Part shown: one piece after another, positions 36,615 to 50,501 of the stretch
Layout of the letters: each line of letters opens with the position of its first letter
How positions within the stretch are numbered: position 1 is the stretch's first letter
Program-made: the position numbers and the translations under genes
Origin: Lytechinus pictus
Taxonomy: Eukaryota
Direction: 5' to 3'
Assembly (NCBI RefSeq): GCF_037042905.1
Contig: NC_087245.1
Coordinates: 34,908,001-34,972,000 of the forward strand
DNA: 64,000 bases
The notes under the pieces: model-generated
The model's database searches: none
What the model was told of the DNA's origin: nothing
Seen by the model: the letters and a program-made list of their open reading frames with translations, nothing else

Positions 36615-39600
36615 TTAACAAATACAACATTTGCAATATTAGCTGTACAATTTCCTGCGTGAATGTTATTCCAGAACCCTTCAGGTTTAAGGAAGGAAAA
36701 AATACATCCTGTCATACAGTATTATACAGTATTTGGTTCCGTTCTCGATTCCATTAACTCAGTCTGTTGCCTGAATGAAGGTAGGCATAGTGAATGTCTT
36801 CCTAGTACCCAGAGGTAATACGTGGGGGATTTCCTGACACTTGGGATAGACTGCGAAGCCAATGCTGTGTTGCTTTGATGAATGAGCCCATTGAGTCATT
36901 CGACCAATGCATGGCCATTGTCATACTGCTGGTTCGGTAGACCTCGATTTGTAGCAAGTTTCGAAAACAGTGAGCAGCGATTTCAAATAGATAGACAGTT
37001 TTACGACATTCTCTGTTGGACGTAATGAGCTGAAAGTTCATTGCCAAGAAACAAATCCTTGTCTGTCAGAGTACTAATTAGTCCCCAGACCTACTTTTCC
37101 CTTGTATCTAATACTACCTGTTGTCAGACATCACGGAGCTGCAAATTAGGAGACATAGAATAAAGAGAGTATCTTGAAAGTGCTTGATGTACAGTACATG
37201 CATGCATGTGAGGGTGATTATTATGCAATCAGGCCCCATTCATCGCGTGATAATTAGTGGGGCCTCTATCAAAGTTCCGTTGTTGTGATAGTCCCCTGTA
37301 ACACCTAACTTGGTTTGGAATCATCATGCCTGGTGGATCAGATTGAAACTCTCGGTGGCACCTGGGTCATAAGACAAGAAGGAAACAACAAATTTGTTTT
37401 GATTTGTCAACAAGTAGCGAAGATATAAAGTGATTGATTGTGATTGCCAGCAGACGTAATTGATTTGCCAGTCTGTTGGGTAGGAGCTTTTGGGATAACT
37501 AGTGAAAAATTTGATGCTTCACATTATTTTGTTCTAAAAAGGAGAAATCATGCCAACGGCCACAAAGAGTAAGTTCTTTATATTTGTTTATACATTGTAT
37601 ACAAATAGTAATTTATAATCCAGTGACTTTTTTATATCTCTACCAGAGTTGTGACAAGAGTTTATGATATAAAACTACTTAGTGAAAATGTATAGGGTGG
37701 CATTGGGCTAGCAATATAGGCATGGTCTATCCCTACAGAGTCAATATAGAGTACCGAAGTGTGACGTCACTGTCATGACAACAAACTGGCTGGTTCTAAA
37801 TAGAGTCGCAGCTGATGATCGTCTATACATATTTGTATTTCAAAAAAATTACCCTCATTCTAAGGTTGTAAGAGATGAAATTCCGTTAGCAGACACTTCA
37901 GAGACTGAGTTCATCATCTGTCAATATTTTGAATTATTTTCAGGCATAAATATTGAATGTTCAAAACTGAATTTTGACTCCTATTGTTTTGAAATTTTAT
38001 AGACATTATAAATAAAGTAAGATAGAATAATATAAACTTGATGAAATTGACACCAGGAAACATGGTCCTCTATAGTTCTATAGGCATCACTATAGTTCTA
38101 TAGTTCTATAATTCTTAAGGCATCGCTGCAGGCAATTCGGGCCTTTGGACAGAATTGATAAGAATCATCACCTTTTAAGAAAGTTGTTGCAGCAAACCAT
38201 TTCTTGAGAAAGTCTTTTAAATCAAGGTTAATTGTTACCATATCCTCAAATACTAAGATCTGGTACACATACATTAATGTAAATTTTTCTTTGTGAAATC
38301 ATGAAATCTTAGTTCAAAACCGATTATTCCGATGATGACTAACACAGAAAAGTATACGTGGGACAGTGTATTTATATTGGTTGGAAAAATACCCAACATT
38401 TGATGGAATTCTATACTTATTTTGCTCATTTCTCAGCAATTATGCATTTTCTTCCAGCGCCATTTGGCACATATTTTTTCATTTATACTGTATAAAACAC
38501 TTGGGTGGTAATTTTATTGGATTCTGTTCGAATTCATTTTGAGATCATTGTTACCACAACTGGTATTTGACTTACGCATTTTGTATATAGATTAATATGT
38601 GAGTATGAATTCTGCATACTTTGTGTATGTAAGGTTAAAATCTATTTCTTATCTTTAATCAGCGATATTACAATGGGAACCCATTAAATGTCTGTTTCTT
38701 GTCCTTTTTCCCTTTTATACGATTTTAACTCTCAAAAAGTTTGTTTGTTTTGAATGTTTCCCTTTTCTAACTCATTTTTTGTGTTTGTTCTTGTATGTAA
38801 GAGATAGGAAGTGCAGTCAAAAATCAAGAAATGCTTCAAATGTAATTAAACCATGATTGGGTTAAACTTTGTGTTGCATTTTAAATATGATGGTGATCTG
38901 CTTTTCTATTCAACATTAATCAATATAACAGTTAAAGGACAATGCCTGATATTGATACCATGCTGTGTCATGTAAATATTCATGGTCATTGCCAATTAGG
39001 GATTAGACCCCCCATGTCTGTGAGAAAAAAAAGGAAACAATGTTTTCATATTTCCAGCTGTCTTACTGGCATGAGTCATGTGAGTCATTAAGAAAAAAAT
39101 TCAGCGATATTCATTAGCACCTCCTCACTAGTTCTTGTGAATATTCATGATTGAAATTTTCTTCACTTTCTTGGTCTTGTACTCCTACAGAATAGAAGGA
39201 AGATATTTAAAAGGAAAGGTGAAACAGTTTAATTTGAGTTTCTTTTCTTCCCTATAATTCATAAAGTGGAAGAAAAGTGTGGAAATTGTGTTTTTTTGTT
39301 GTTAAGCTATGGAATAGGATTCCATTTAGTTTAAGGAAGTATAAAGAAATAAAAGATATTCATGAGAACCTAACCAGCATTCATATATCAAATATTTACA
39401 GACCTTCACGGTCTGATTGTAGCCTATCATTGAAATGAAAAATCGTATCAAACTTTCTGAGAAAGGATTCTGTGTCAGTCGATGATTGATGCTTCCTCCA
39501 GAATTTCAAAATAAATCAATCCCTTCATAATACGTCATTCATCACTGTTTCCTCTTTATTTCATATATCATAATTAATCTAAATTTTCTTCACTTACTTG

Positions 39601-40467
39601 GTCTTGTACTTAAACAGAAAAGGCAATACGTAGATAGGAATAGATTTAAAAAAAAAAATCAAGTTTCATTTTAATCCTTGGAGACAAACAGGGAAATGGA
39701 GTGTTTTTAAAAAAACCTTTGATCAGATTTCCATTATGGAATTGAAGGAAATTGTAGAGAGATTATACACAATGGATGCATAGCGTTTTCCAATGGATGG
39801 CACAATTTTTTTTCTGTTTACATCCTGTTTGCATCCATTAATGCAGTGGGACTGGACCTTTTAATTTGATTTTTACAGTTAAGATGAGTGTGCAAATCAT
39901 TAACCTTAAACAATAGTGATTTCTCTTTCGTATTCCTGAAGTGATTTAAAGCCTCTGTATTCTTTACAATGAGATCTTAGTGTAATTTCTCTCTGATTTG
40001 CTTTGTCGTTGAGAAATTTTCACGTAAAGCTGAAACGATCAGCACAGAGACGTGACGTCATGTTCGGGATCCTTTCTCCGAACCCAGCTCGATGTTGGAG
40101 TTCGTTTCAGCAGCATTTTCACGCTCGAGTTGAAAACACCCAGTGAGCTGAGCTGAGCCCGAGCTGAGCTGACTGAGGCCAGGCTTGGACATCCTCCCTT
40201 GAGCAGTGGCGTGCGCTTTGGGTAAAAACTTGGCAAAAGGACTTAGATGTTTTCCATTTTACGGAGAGGGCAAGGGGATGATCTAACCAGGGAATTATTG
40301 AAAATTAATTCCCTGATCTGCCCTGATACAAAGGATCTTTATTGAAGTTTAATTTGTTCATACTTGACTTGTTTAACAAACCAAGCTTCCTACATCCATG
40401 TTGTATTTGAGATGTCCTTTATGATGTAATCAATGAGCATCTGTCTCATAGATTTTTAAACAACCTG

Positions 40468-40596
40468 GGTCCCGTAACACAATGGTTAGCGATTAATTGT
40501 ACGCTTGATTTAAACGATTGACTGTGTATTGTAGTCTATGGAATCAATCGTAGAAAAATGTTCTACGATCATTGCTAAGCTTTGTGTTACGGGCCC
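40468..40596. mobile_element. Short Harbinger-type MITE
   Basis: TIR gg(t/g)cccgtaacacaa, TSD CTG/CTG. Confidence 0.75.
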
Positions 40597-40918
40597 CTGG
40601 ATAGCATAGATGTGCAAATACAACTGTGTAGTGCCCTAATAGAATCTTCCTCCTACTCTTTCTCATCATTTATGCAAAACATGTCTTGAGCACATCGGAA
40701 GCAGTAGAAGTAATGTAACACGGGTCAAAGGTCATCACTAGGTATTGCCTTCTCTTGTCGCCATCGCTAGCTGCACTGAGGATAAGAGAGGCATCACATT
40801 GGATGTAGACGGTATAACATGAGTCATCGATATAAATAGATGATGATGGAAAGGGGGTTCTAAATCTGTACTTCAATTCACTTATCATCTGTCTCTGGCA
40901 CAACCAGTATCATTCTAA

Positions 40919-41088
40919 GGGCATGTTTATGCTTCCACTTTTCAGGCATTTTCGTACATGATTAGTCCAAGACACAGTTGCGTCCATGCTAAGCATAAAC
41001 AGCACTCCCAGAACGTTTGCGATCGGCATTCTGAAATGACATTTGAAAACGCTGATTCTGTCTGTGCAATGGAAGTATAAACACACCC
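40919..41088. mobile_element. Short Harbinger-type MITE related to 31508-32353
   Basis: gggcatgtttatgcttcca ... tggaagtataaacacaccc, TSD TAA/TAA. Confidence 0.75.
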
Positions 41089-43783
41089 TAATTCCCTCAG
41101 AGGCTCTCACAGGTTTTTGTTTTTCACGTGAATGGAAGGGGAAAGATTTTCTACTTGCAAGTTGGCTTCTCTTCCTTTTCTAGACCTGGAGAATTACTCG
41201 GTCTCTTTCTTTCTATTCAGGTGTCTTACCAGAAATTGTTACAATCCTAAAGACTTGCCCCTTTTTTAACCGGCTTGTGCTATTAATGAAGTTTCTGTTC
41301 ATGTTAACAGACCATCCTGTATCTTCTATTCTCATCACAGGGTGTCATGTGAAGTGACTTTTTAAAAATTATTAATTTACTGCTTATTGAGACACTAAAT
41401 AAGGGATAAGTAAACAAATTGTATAAAGAGAAATTCAAGTTTAATTTCAAGCAAACTGTTGTGGGGTTTAAATACCATTGAATAGAATAGACAAGTCAAG
41501 TTGTTCAGTTTCAATATGAAATTACTGTCATCAAATTGTTGTCCATAAATGGAAATTTGTCCTGTTTACATGCCATGCAAAAGCATAATAAAGACAACAA
41601 AATTAGATAAATTCATACACCTGCAACATGACCAATGCAATCTATATTTGGAACATAACAAACATAATATTACTCACATAATAAGACATAGCAGTGGTTT
41701 TTTTTAATAACAAAGGCATTAGGTGAGTTTATTGCAATCATCTGAATTAAGGAAAGACATTATTAGATTTATTTAATTGTGACGTTAATGTAAATATTAA
41801 ACGCCTTATCCCAACATACATGTAGATATATCATATTTTACATTTCAGGTTGGGTAATGTATTCATGTATACTTGAAAACATGGATCATAATCAGATAGG
41901 AAAGAGGGAGATAGAGGCGGGGGGGGGGGGGGGGGGAGATAGAGATGAAGAAGGGGAAAGGAAGAGAGAGAAGAAAAAAGAAATAATAATATAGTCAGTT
42001 CTTGTATAGCGCATAATTCATTATGAATATATTCAGCCTGGAGCACCCCTTTAGTATGACCTAACAATCATGGTTGTTCTCACCACTTTGAAATGAAGGA
42101 AACTTGTGATAGCACGCATTAGAGTGGGGTAGAAATTAGTTGCATTCATCATCACCACCCCCCCCCTTTCCTGACAGAAGCAAACTCTTTTAAAGTCATC
42201 ATCAAAAAAAAAAAAAAAGAAACAGTTCCAGGAGTTCAGCCAACTAGACACCATGTTCCATATCAATTTGTGTATATTTTATAGGGATTCTAGACCAAAT
42301 AATGTGGTCTTGAATACTCTCATGCATCCAATGTATGTATGTTCCATATGGGATTTCTATTTACATTGAATGCTCATCTGGCAATTGCTGTATAAAATAT
42401 GGATGGAAACATAGAGAGAAACCAGCAGTGAATGTTTTTGTAATATATATAATAGTGATAGTCATAATAAACAAAACACTCATGAACAGTTCAGTGAATT
42501 CAAATAGAAAGAAGAAAGAACAGTAAGGAGAAAATAAAGCACCTGAATTTGTAGATTAATCATGTAGGCCAACAATTGACACTGATTTATATTAAATATC
42601 TTAGGATTGCTAATATTGCTCTGAAAGAACTCTGCTAATAATTGTACCTTATTTCATTTTTGTCCTCATACAAATAAATCAAATTTTGACATTCACCACA
42701 GACCCTTTCCTGTCTTTACTACAATGGTATATCAGAAATATGTTTTACTGGATACTCTTTTAAAGAACAGGAAATTGGGAGACAAATTGTCCTGATTATA
42801 AAGTGAGAGCCAGAGGCGGTGGGTATGGCATCATTTTTCCATTCATCCTAATAGACGAAGGTATCAATGAGACATATTTTGGTGTTTTTCATATCCGTGA
42901 TGTGGTGATTCTGCTTTGTTGTGTGAGAAATGAACGAAGGCAGATTGTGGTTTTTATGTGAGCATAAATGAATTCATTTATTTTACACATTATTAATTCA
43001 CTATAGAATGAATTGGGATATGGTAGGCGGTAGCTGATATCCATTGTGACCCCATTAACAGTGGATATCATTAAAATGGTAATTAGAAAAGTACACACCA
43101 AGTGATTCAAAAGAAAAATATATTTTAAGGCTTATCTTGTTATATTTTCCAGCTTCCTGGAGAAGGTTCTTGGCACCAATACAAATTAAGGGTGTGTTTA
43201 TTCTTCCATTTTGAAGACAGAATCACCATTTTTCATTGTCCCAATGGCATTGATATAATTCAATCATTAAAAAAAATCAAGTGTTTCATAGTTACATTGT
43301 ACATTATTACATTGGATTCATTGGACACACATTAAAAAAATAGAATAGAATATGATATCATGCTGAATATTTTGCTAAAACAGGAGATCATGTGTGTTAT
43401 TTTTAGGTACTGTTTTACCCCATCCCTCCATCTCTTCTAAAGACGATCCTCAATGGGTTTTTTCCCCCTTGTATTTTCCTATGATGATGAATATTTTAAC
43501 AGAGGTTAAGATCAGTGAAATAATGACATAATGATCTAGGTGTTTTCATACCCACTTGTCACAGAAAGTTCCTAAAAAATATTTCTTTATTTAGGAATTT
43601 CTACCCAAATCATAAAACAAAGGTTTTTTCAGTCTGAAAGCAATTTACCTGTAATATCCTTGATGAGGTTACCCTCAAGTTACTCTTCAAAATTATGAGA
43701 CTTTTCATGGGAATATATCCCAAGGTCTCAGGGTTTTTTTCAGTTAGAAAGCAAATTATAAGTACTGGTACTTTCATACTTTA

Positions 43784-44346
43784 AGGTCAAGTCCACTACA
43801 GGAAAATGTTGATTTGAATAAATATAGAAAAATCAAACTAGCATAACGCTGAAAATTTCATCAAAATCGGATGGAAAATAAAAAAGTTATGACATTTTAA
43901 AGTTTCGCTTATTTTTCAAAAAACGGTGATATGCACAACTCAGTGACATGCAAATGAGACAGTCGATGATGTCCCTCACTCACTATTTCTATTGTTTTTT
44001 ATTGTTTGAATTATACAATATTTCATTTTTTACAAATTTGACAATATGGACCAACTTGATTCAACCATACAGTATCAAACAATGCTAATTCCATATGTTC
44101 AGGGAGGAATTATTGTTGTTTCACTTGACAATGAGGAGAAAATTAGAATATTTTATGATGTCATCGGTTTCCTCATTTGCATACCGACCAGGATGTGCAT
44201 ATAACTGTTTTGTGAAATTAAGCGAAACTTTAAAATGTCATAACTTTCTTATTTTACATCCGATTTTGATGAAATTTGCAGCGTTATGTTTGATGGATTT
44301 TTCTCTTTTTATTCAAATAAACTTTTTGTTGGGGTGGACTTGTCCT
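43784..44346. mobile_element. Kolobok-type MITE K1 copy
   Basis: aggtcaagtccac ... gtggacttgtcct followed by TTAA. Confidence 0.8.
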
Positions 44347-45631
44347 TTAATATTGAGGCATATAAGAATACTAGTCTTGTTCCTTGTTATCCTTACGGTG
44401 ACTTTATTTGGTAAAGTGGGTGTGAACCCACAAAATGAATTAGGCAGGTATTTTGAAGCCAGAATAAATTGTACTAATTCTTGTAATTGAGAGGGTATGA
44501 ATTGAAGCGCCTTCTGAGTGAAAGTTTGTTGAACCTGTGAACCCCATTTATGCATGTGATTGGATAGTCTACATATCAGACACTTTGTCACGAATCTGGC
44601 TCAGTACATGTTTTTACATGTTCAAAATGGGCAAAATACACATTTTTTCATTAGTAGGTACCAACACCCCTTTTCATTTCACACAGGTATTTAACCAAAT
44701 ATCACAGCATTATTGCCCAATTAGTGTTGGAGTTCACAATAGACGACTGTGTACATGTAAATGGCAATTTATGCGTTTTTTTACAAAATGGTTCCTTTGA
44801 TTAAAATTGAGTGTAAAATTTGATTTATTCATGAGATAGGATTCATATCTTCAAAACTTATTCTTAGAACCCTTATATTTCACTGGCAATCTTAACCTTG
44901 AGTGAGACATACACCCACTTGGTGTTAATGATTAATTGATTAATTAACTAATTTATATTACATAATTTGTACATATTTCTCCAATGTCGGTATTCTGCCA
45001 ACCTGAGCATATCAAGTTCTTTTAAATAAATCAATCAAACTTGAATGAGGTGACCAGAGATTATGTTTTACGAGACAGATTCGAGTTTAGTGAGTTTTAA
45101 ACATAAATTAGATAGTTAATTCACCTTCAAAGGCCAGGGGGCGGATTCTGAAAACAATCTGTAACATGAAAAGCTGGTGCCATGTTGTTTCCTGGTACAG
45201 ACCCCAATAAGCTCAAAAACATGTCAGAATTCATATACAAATCCAATGTAAATTTTTTTTTTAGCCATCATTTGTGTATCATTATTTCTGCTTTTACTGA
45301 TTAAGCTCAATTAATTTGTTCTTGTTTATGATCAGAATAAAAGTCAGCAAAGGTTCTTTGCATGTGAAATTTTGTCTTCATTTATTGATACTGGATAGCA
45401 AGATTTGCTGATTTAGCATGACAGAAAACAACATTTTAAGCATCAGTAACAGGAGGTCAAACCTTTGTACATATATAGAATGTGTAGTAATCCTGAAATC
45501 AGAAATGGTTTTGAAAAAAAAAAACTTGTTAGATCAATGTCATTGTTTCTCTTTTGTAAAAATATTTTACAGAGTAATTTTTCTGTGAGGCATATTACGC
45601 AATATCTGCATCCATTGCAACTTGCCTTTAT

Positions 45632-46227
45632 AGGGATGGTGCAGACTGGAAATATTATATCTCAATAAATAGAGTAAAATTCACAGAGCAAATGCTGAAA
45701 ATTTGATCAAAAGTCGGATAACATATAACAAAGTTATTGAATTTTAAAGATTTGCATTATTCCGGTGAAACAGTTCTAGGCATGTCTTTATGAATATTCA
45801 TTAGGTGGGCTGATGATGTTATATCCCCACTTGTTCTTTTGTATTTTATTATATGAAATTAGGTTTATTCAAAAATTTCCTACCAAGAACTAAAACAATT
45901 GGATTGACAACTGATTAAGTGCATTAGTTATTTATTGCCGCAACTTATTTCATCATAATGGAGACACATCATTTACACATGTATGAACAAATGAAACATT
46001 TATGATTTCATGTAATAACATAAGAAAAGGAAAGTGGGGATGTGACATCATCAGCCCACCTAATGAATATTCACAACGATGTGCATATAACTTTTTTTCA
46101 CAAAATAGTGATAAACTTTAAAATTCAATAACTTTGTTTTCTGATTTTGATGAAATTTTCAGCATTTTGCTCTGTGAATTTTACTCTTTTTATTTAGATA
46201 TGAATATTTTCAGCCCGGACCATCCCT
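45632..46227. mobile_element. Kolobok-type MITE K4 copy
   Basis: agggatggt..ctg ... cagcccggaccatccct; flanks TTAT/TTAA. Confidence 0.75.
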
Positions 46228-46398
46228 TTAAATAACTTGAGAGGTTAAAACAATAATGTATGCAATATATTGTTGTCATGTTGACTAGATGAATGATAGG
46301 GACAGCTATACCCATTGTAAACAAATTTTTGATATGAACAAACGTCAAGGCCAACTCACTTACACCATAATTTCTTGTTTCGAATAATTTATCATTAA

Positions 46399-46961
46399 AG
46401 GGGTACTCCGAGCTGAAATAAATCAATAGAGTAAAATTCATCGAGCAAAATGCTGAAAATTGAATACAAATATGATGAATATATTAAATTTTAAGGTTTA
46501 GCAATATTTTTTTTAAAGTAGTTATATGCACGTCGTCATAAATATTAATTAGGTGAACTGATAATGTCATGTCCTCATTTTCCCTTTTCCTATGTTGTTA
46601 CATGAAATCATCGTTATTTTATTATGCATGTATGTTAAATCTCCCTTAAAATGAAAGAAGTTGCAGAAATGAATATCTGTACTGCATTCAATCAGTTGTC
46701 AATCCAAATATAATTCTTGGAGGACAAAATTTGAATAAACATAAGAACATGTGGGGATATGACATCAATTCACTCATTGAATATTCGTGAACAAAAGCAT
46801 AACACTGTTATGCTGAACTAATTCAAATCTTTAAAATGTCACAACTTCGATACTCCTTTTCTGTTTTTGATCACATTTTCAGTGTTTTGATTTTTTGTCT
46901 GATTGTTTTTAATGTGTTCAAAATTTTGAATCATAATTTTTCAGCCTGGAGTACTACCCCT
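46399..46961. mobile_element. Kolobok-type MITE K4 copy
   Basis: TTAA aggggtactcc ... ggagtactacccct TTAA. Confidence 0.75.
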
Positions 46962-47346
46962 TTAATGCAGAGATGAAGCTTTCTTTAGTTAGCATCAATC
47001 ATTGTCCAGTACTGTATGTGTGAATTTCCATCCTATTATACTGAGTGTCCTCTGCAAAGACGTTATTATATATTTACTAGACCGAAAGCTGCGTGCGCGT
47101 TCAACACAAAACAAATGAGATTAGGCTACACCTACCGCTAAGCCCTCATTGATATATTATTCAAAAAGAAAACAATTGATCGATTTTCTCAGATTTTAAA
47201 TTGATAGAGACGGAGAGGGTCATTATTTTGCTTATCCGTACTAAACTTTTAAAACATTTTTTATAAATATGTCATTTTGATTATGTTGTTATTAGTATAA
47301 TTACAAAAAGAAAGAAAAGAATGATATTTAGTGATTGCTATCTGAA

Positions 47347-47814
47347 AGGGAAAGCTCACCAAGATAAGTTGGTTTTAATAAAAGCAGAAAAAATAGAGAA
47401 AAATACTAGTGAAAATCATAAAAATCCAAAGAATAAGAGAACTATGAATTTGTAAGTTTTTTTAATTTGTAATGTTATACGCGTGTAGCTTCCCCATATA
47501 TCATGTAATATATATTTCATAAATTCAAATTTTGTAATGGAATATGATAAATACAAAATTTTTTCTTATAGAAGGGGTATAAAATGATGATATTTCAAAC
47601 GTACAGATGAAATCACTTTCAAATTTTTGAGAAAAATTGCATTTTGGGGAATTTATATCACATGGCGGAGCTGCTTTGTTGTGAAGTCACAGCATAAAAA
47701 GTTGAGAATTCCATAACTGTTTGAAAGATTTCATCAAACCTTCACCAATATGTTTTTATCTATTTTATCAGCTTTTATTAAATCAACTTTATCAGGGTGA
47801 ACTAAATTCCTCTT
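47347..47814. mobile_element. Degenerate Kolobok-type MITE (K3-related)
   Basis: Inverted ends aagttggttttaataaaagcagaaaaa / tttatcagcttttattaaatcaacttt, ending at TTAA. Confidence 0.55.
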
Positions 47815-47939
47815 TTAATGTGTAACAAAGAAACATAAATAATGCAGTTTAAGAAACAAAGGCGAGAAGGTTGACATAAAGGAAGAGGAAGGAAAGAAGT
47901 GAATGGGGATTACAAAAGGGAAAGAAGAATGTGGCTTGT

Positions 47940-48415
47940 TTTAAAATTCTTAGGCAAAAGTTATTTAAATTATGAAGATGCTCTAAAACGATGCAAACTG
48001 GATACACTAAAAGAGAGATGTGAACAATTATGTTCTGATTTTGCAGTATCAGTGAGCAAAAATCCACATTGTAAAAACTGGTTACCGGAAAGGAAAGTTG
48101 TTGGCATGACTTTACGCAATAAACAAAAGTATATGCAATACAAATGCAGGACCTCCTGTTTTAAACACAGTGCAATACCGTATTTTATCAATCTTCTTAA
48201 TAACTTGTGAAATGCATATTTTCATTATAATTTTATTTTGTGTATACTAAATTTTTCTTAATATACCATTAGTTTTATCATTATTTCATTTTTTTTTAAT
48301 GCTACATGTGCAATTGTTATACCTTTGTAAATGCATACATTTCAGCTTTTTAGCTGCAGTGCAAATGTGTATGATTGTTTTACTGGAAATAAATAAACCA
48401 TGAAATGAAATGAAT
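47940..48415 (+). mobile_element. 5'-truncated CR1/L2-group LINE (ORF2 C-terminus plus 3' UTR)
   Basis: LG..Y..YEDAL....LDTLKER...LC..FA....LRN...Y....CRT..F..SAIPYF..LLN, then an AT-rich UTR with cagctttttagctg hairpin, aataaa and a (tgaaa)n tail. Confidence 0.8.
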
Positions 48416-48705
48416 TCAATGCAAAATGACAATGTTTTCATTTAAAAATTTTATAATGAAAATTGTCTACATTATTAACACTGAGAAGAAAATGAGTATC
48501 AGCTCCTTAGTCCTTAATTGTCCTTACCATGTGGGGACATTCGACCGTCATTTTGAAATGTCACAAAAAAGATCTACAATGAGTCATTTAATGCTATGTT
48601 CAGGGTTTTGTGTCTGACCCCAATGTTTACATTTGGGACTACACTGTTTGTTCTAACATCTCTTAGCCCTACTGTTGAAAATAATCACCCTTTTCGAGAA
48701 GTTTA

Positions 48706-49104
48706 GGGCCCGTCTGCACCATCCCGAGTTTTCAAATTGGCACGCTATTTCTGATCCGGCAAATTATCCCGATCTGAACAATCTCGAGATTATTTGCAAT
48801 GGAGACGCAATTATCGCGCTAGTTCGTAGGATTAATCTCGAGATTGCAATCCCAAGTCAACTTGGGTTATTTGCAAAATAGCGCGCTATTTTACGAATTA
48901 TCGCGCTAATTCGTAGGTGCAGACGCACTCGGGATTATTTATTCATGGCGTCAGACCATAACGCATCGATGCCTCGCTTGAGCAGGAATCGCTCTTCATG
49001 CGATGGTGGAGACAGGGTTTCTCGAATCTCGAGATTAATCGCGAAGAGGGCCGATCGGGCTAAAATCTCGAGATTGAGCAAACTCGGGATGGTGCAGCAC
49101 CGCC
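48706..49104. mobile_element. MITE with aatctcgagatt palindrome repeats
   Basis: Inverted ends ctgcaccatcccgagttt / aaactcgggatggtgcag; four copies of aatctcgagatt. Confidence 0.75.
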
Positions 49105-49953
49105 TGTTGTCAACAATTTTTGAGATTGAGAGCCAATATATGTGGTCCATGATCTATTCATTCAAACTTAATAGTTGTTACAAGTATGTATGAGTATTAT
49201 GCATGTGTGAATTTAGAAATTATTAAAATGTCATTGAAATATTTTGTTTACATTCATTTAAATCTACCAGCATATATATATTTTATGAATTCTATATATA
49301 GCATTTACCCTTTGTACTTTCTTTGTGTGAACTAGAGTTTCTCCCAATTTACTACCTCCCCCTAAAATTTAGGTGCTCCTAAGATATTATCTCCAAGATT
49401 TATGACAATGGATTGCAGGTAAACATTAATATTAATCTTATACAAGATGCTTAAAAGAAAATATTTATTTATCCTCTCTTGATCAAATAGTTTATTCTCA
49501 TTAAGTGAATATACATGTAGTTTGATATGGCATTTTATATTTTTTCTTTTGAAATTGACATATCTGACCACATCTTTATGTAGTATTGTTCAATGATTAT
49601 ATTATGATGATGGTGATGAATTACATGTATACATCTTATTCCTGCATGCTTATTGGAAGGGGCACATCTAACCTGATGTTTTTTTTTCACAAACAAAAAC
49701 ACAACATTAGTGACAAATATCAAATCAACGTGGAGAAGGTTTACGGTTCACCATGTGTATGAAGAAGGGAACGAAATACAGGCAAAAAGATTGAAATGGA
49801 AAGATGAGAAAGGATGAAAAGAGGAAATTAGAAGTATTCTTTTCTTGAAAGTGAGTGAAGTCCTGAAAAGGACTGTAAACCAGATGAGATGAGCTGAATA
49901 TGGCTTGAGTAGCGATGGTTTGAGTAGTAGCAGGATGAAGTGAAGAGAGGTTA

Positions 49954-49992
49954 CTCGACGTTTCAGGCAGGTTGACTGTCCATCTTCAGGAG
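49954..49992 (-). ncRNA. Minimal type-I hammerhead ribozyme motif of Penelope-like element type (likely within a pLTR remnant ~49845-49996)
   Basis: Minus strand reads ctc-CTGAAGA-t-ggacag-tcaac-ctgcct-GAAAC-GTC-gag: conserved core, 3-bp stem I and GUC cleavage triplet; stem II carries mismatches. Confidence 0.65.
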
Positions 49993-50110
49993 ACATTTGT
50001 TTATTAACTTCCTTGTGGTGCGAGCTGTAAGTTTTGTGAATAAATTAGAACATATTGTGCTGTTGAAAAATATGTATAACCATCCCTTTTTCATTTTGTT
50101 TCCCTTGCAG

Positions 50111-50324
50111 GTTTCAAGGGATTATTTCACCGTAAACGGGAGATTGATTCAGGCCATCCAGATGTGTCACCCACTGGGGGCGACAGTCAAGGGTCGCAGC
50201 AGCTTTCATCCTCAGCCAATGACCTCCATCCAGTGTCATACGCGGGTAATCTACATGATCTCCCAGAGAGACCCAGTGCATTCAATCGAGTTCTTCAACA
50301 AATTAAAACTAGGCCTACTACTAT
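50111..50324 (+). CDS. TMCC: Coding exon (phase 1-2) of transmembrane and coiled-coil domain protein (TMCC1/2/3, dementin-like): (G)[70 protein letters not shown]
   Basis: Strong acceptor ttttgtttcccttgcag and donor at|gtaagt. The peptide resembles the recalled human TMCC1 N-terminal motifs GLKHLFQHQRR and PTALNRVLQQIR. This frame is not in the ORF track. Confidence 0.78.
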
Positions 50325-50501
50325 GTAAGTATATTCTGATGAGGTTAAACTTGAGCCTGTAACGTTAAGCGTAGCAATTGTTGATGAGGCTGATTGATGC
50401 AATCATTCAATGCAATCAGTTATACTAATCAGCCCCAAGATTGATAGCTGAAGTGTATGTTACAGGCCACAAGTATTTTGTGAAAGTAAATTACTTATTT
50501 A

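Noticed and set aside
44095..44490. ORFs with CHNFLILHPILMKF motif repeated in the ORF track (also 36450)
   Set aside because: They are translations of the K1 MITE subterminal repeat, not a protein family.
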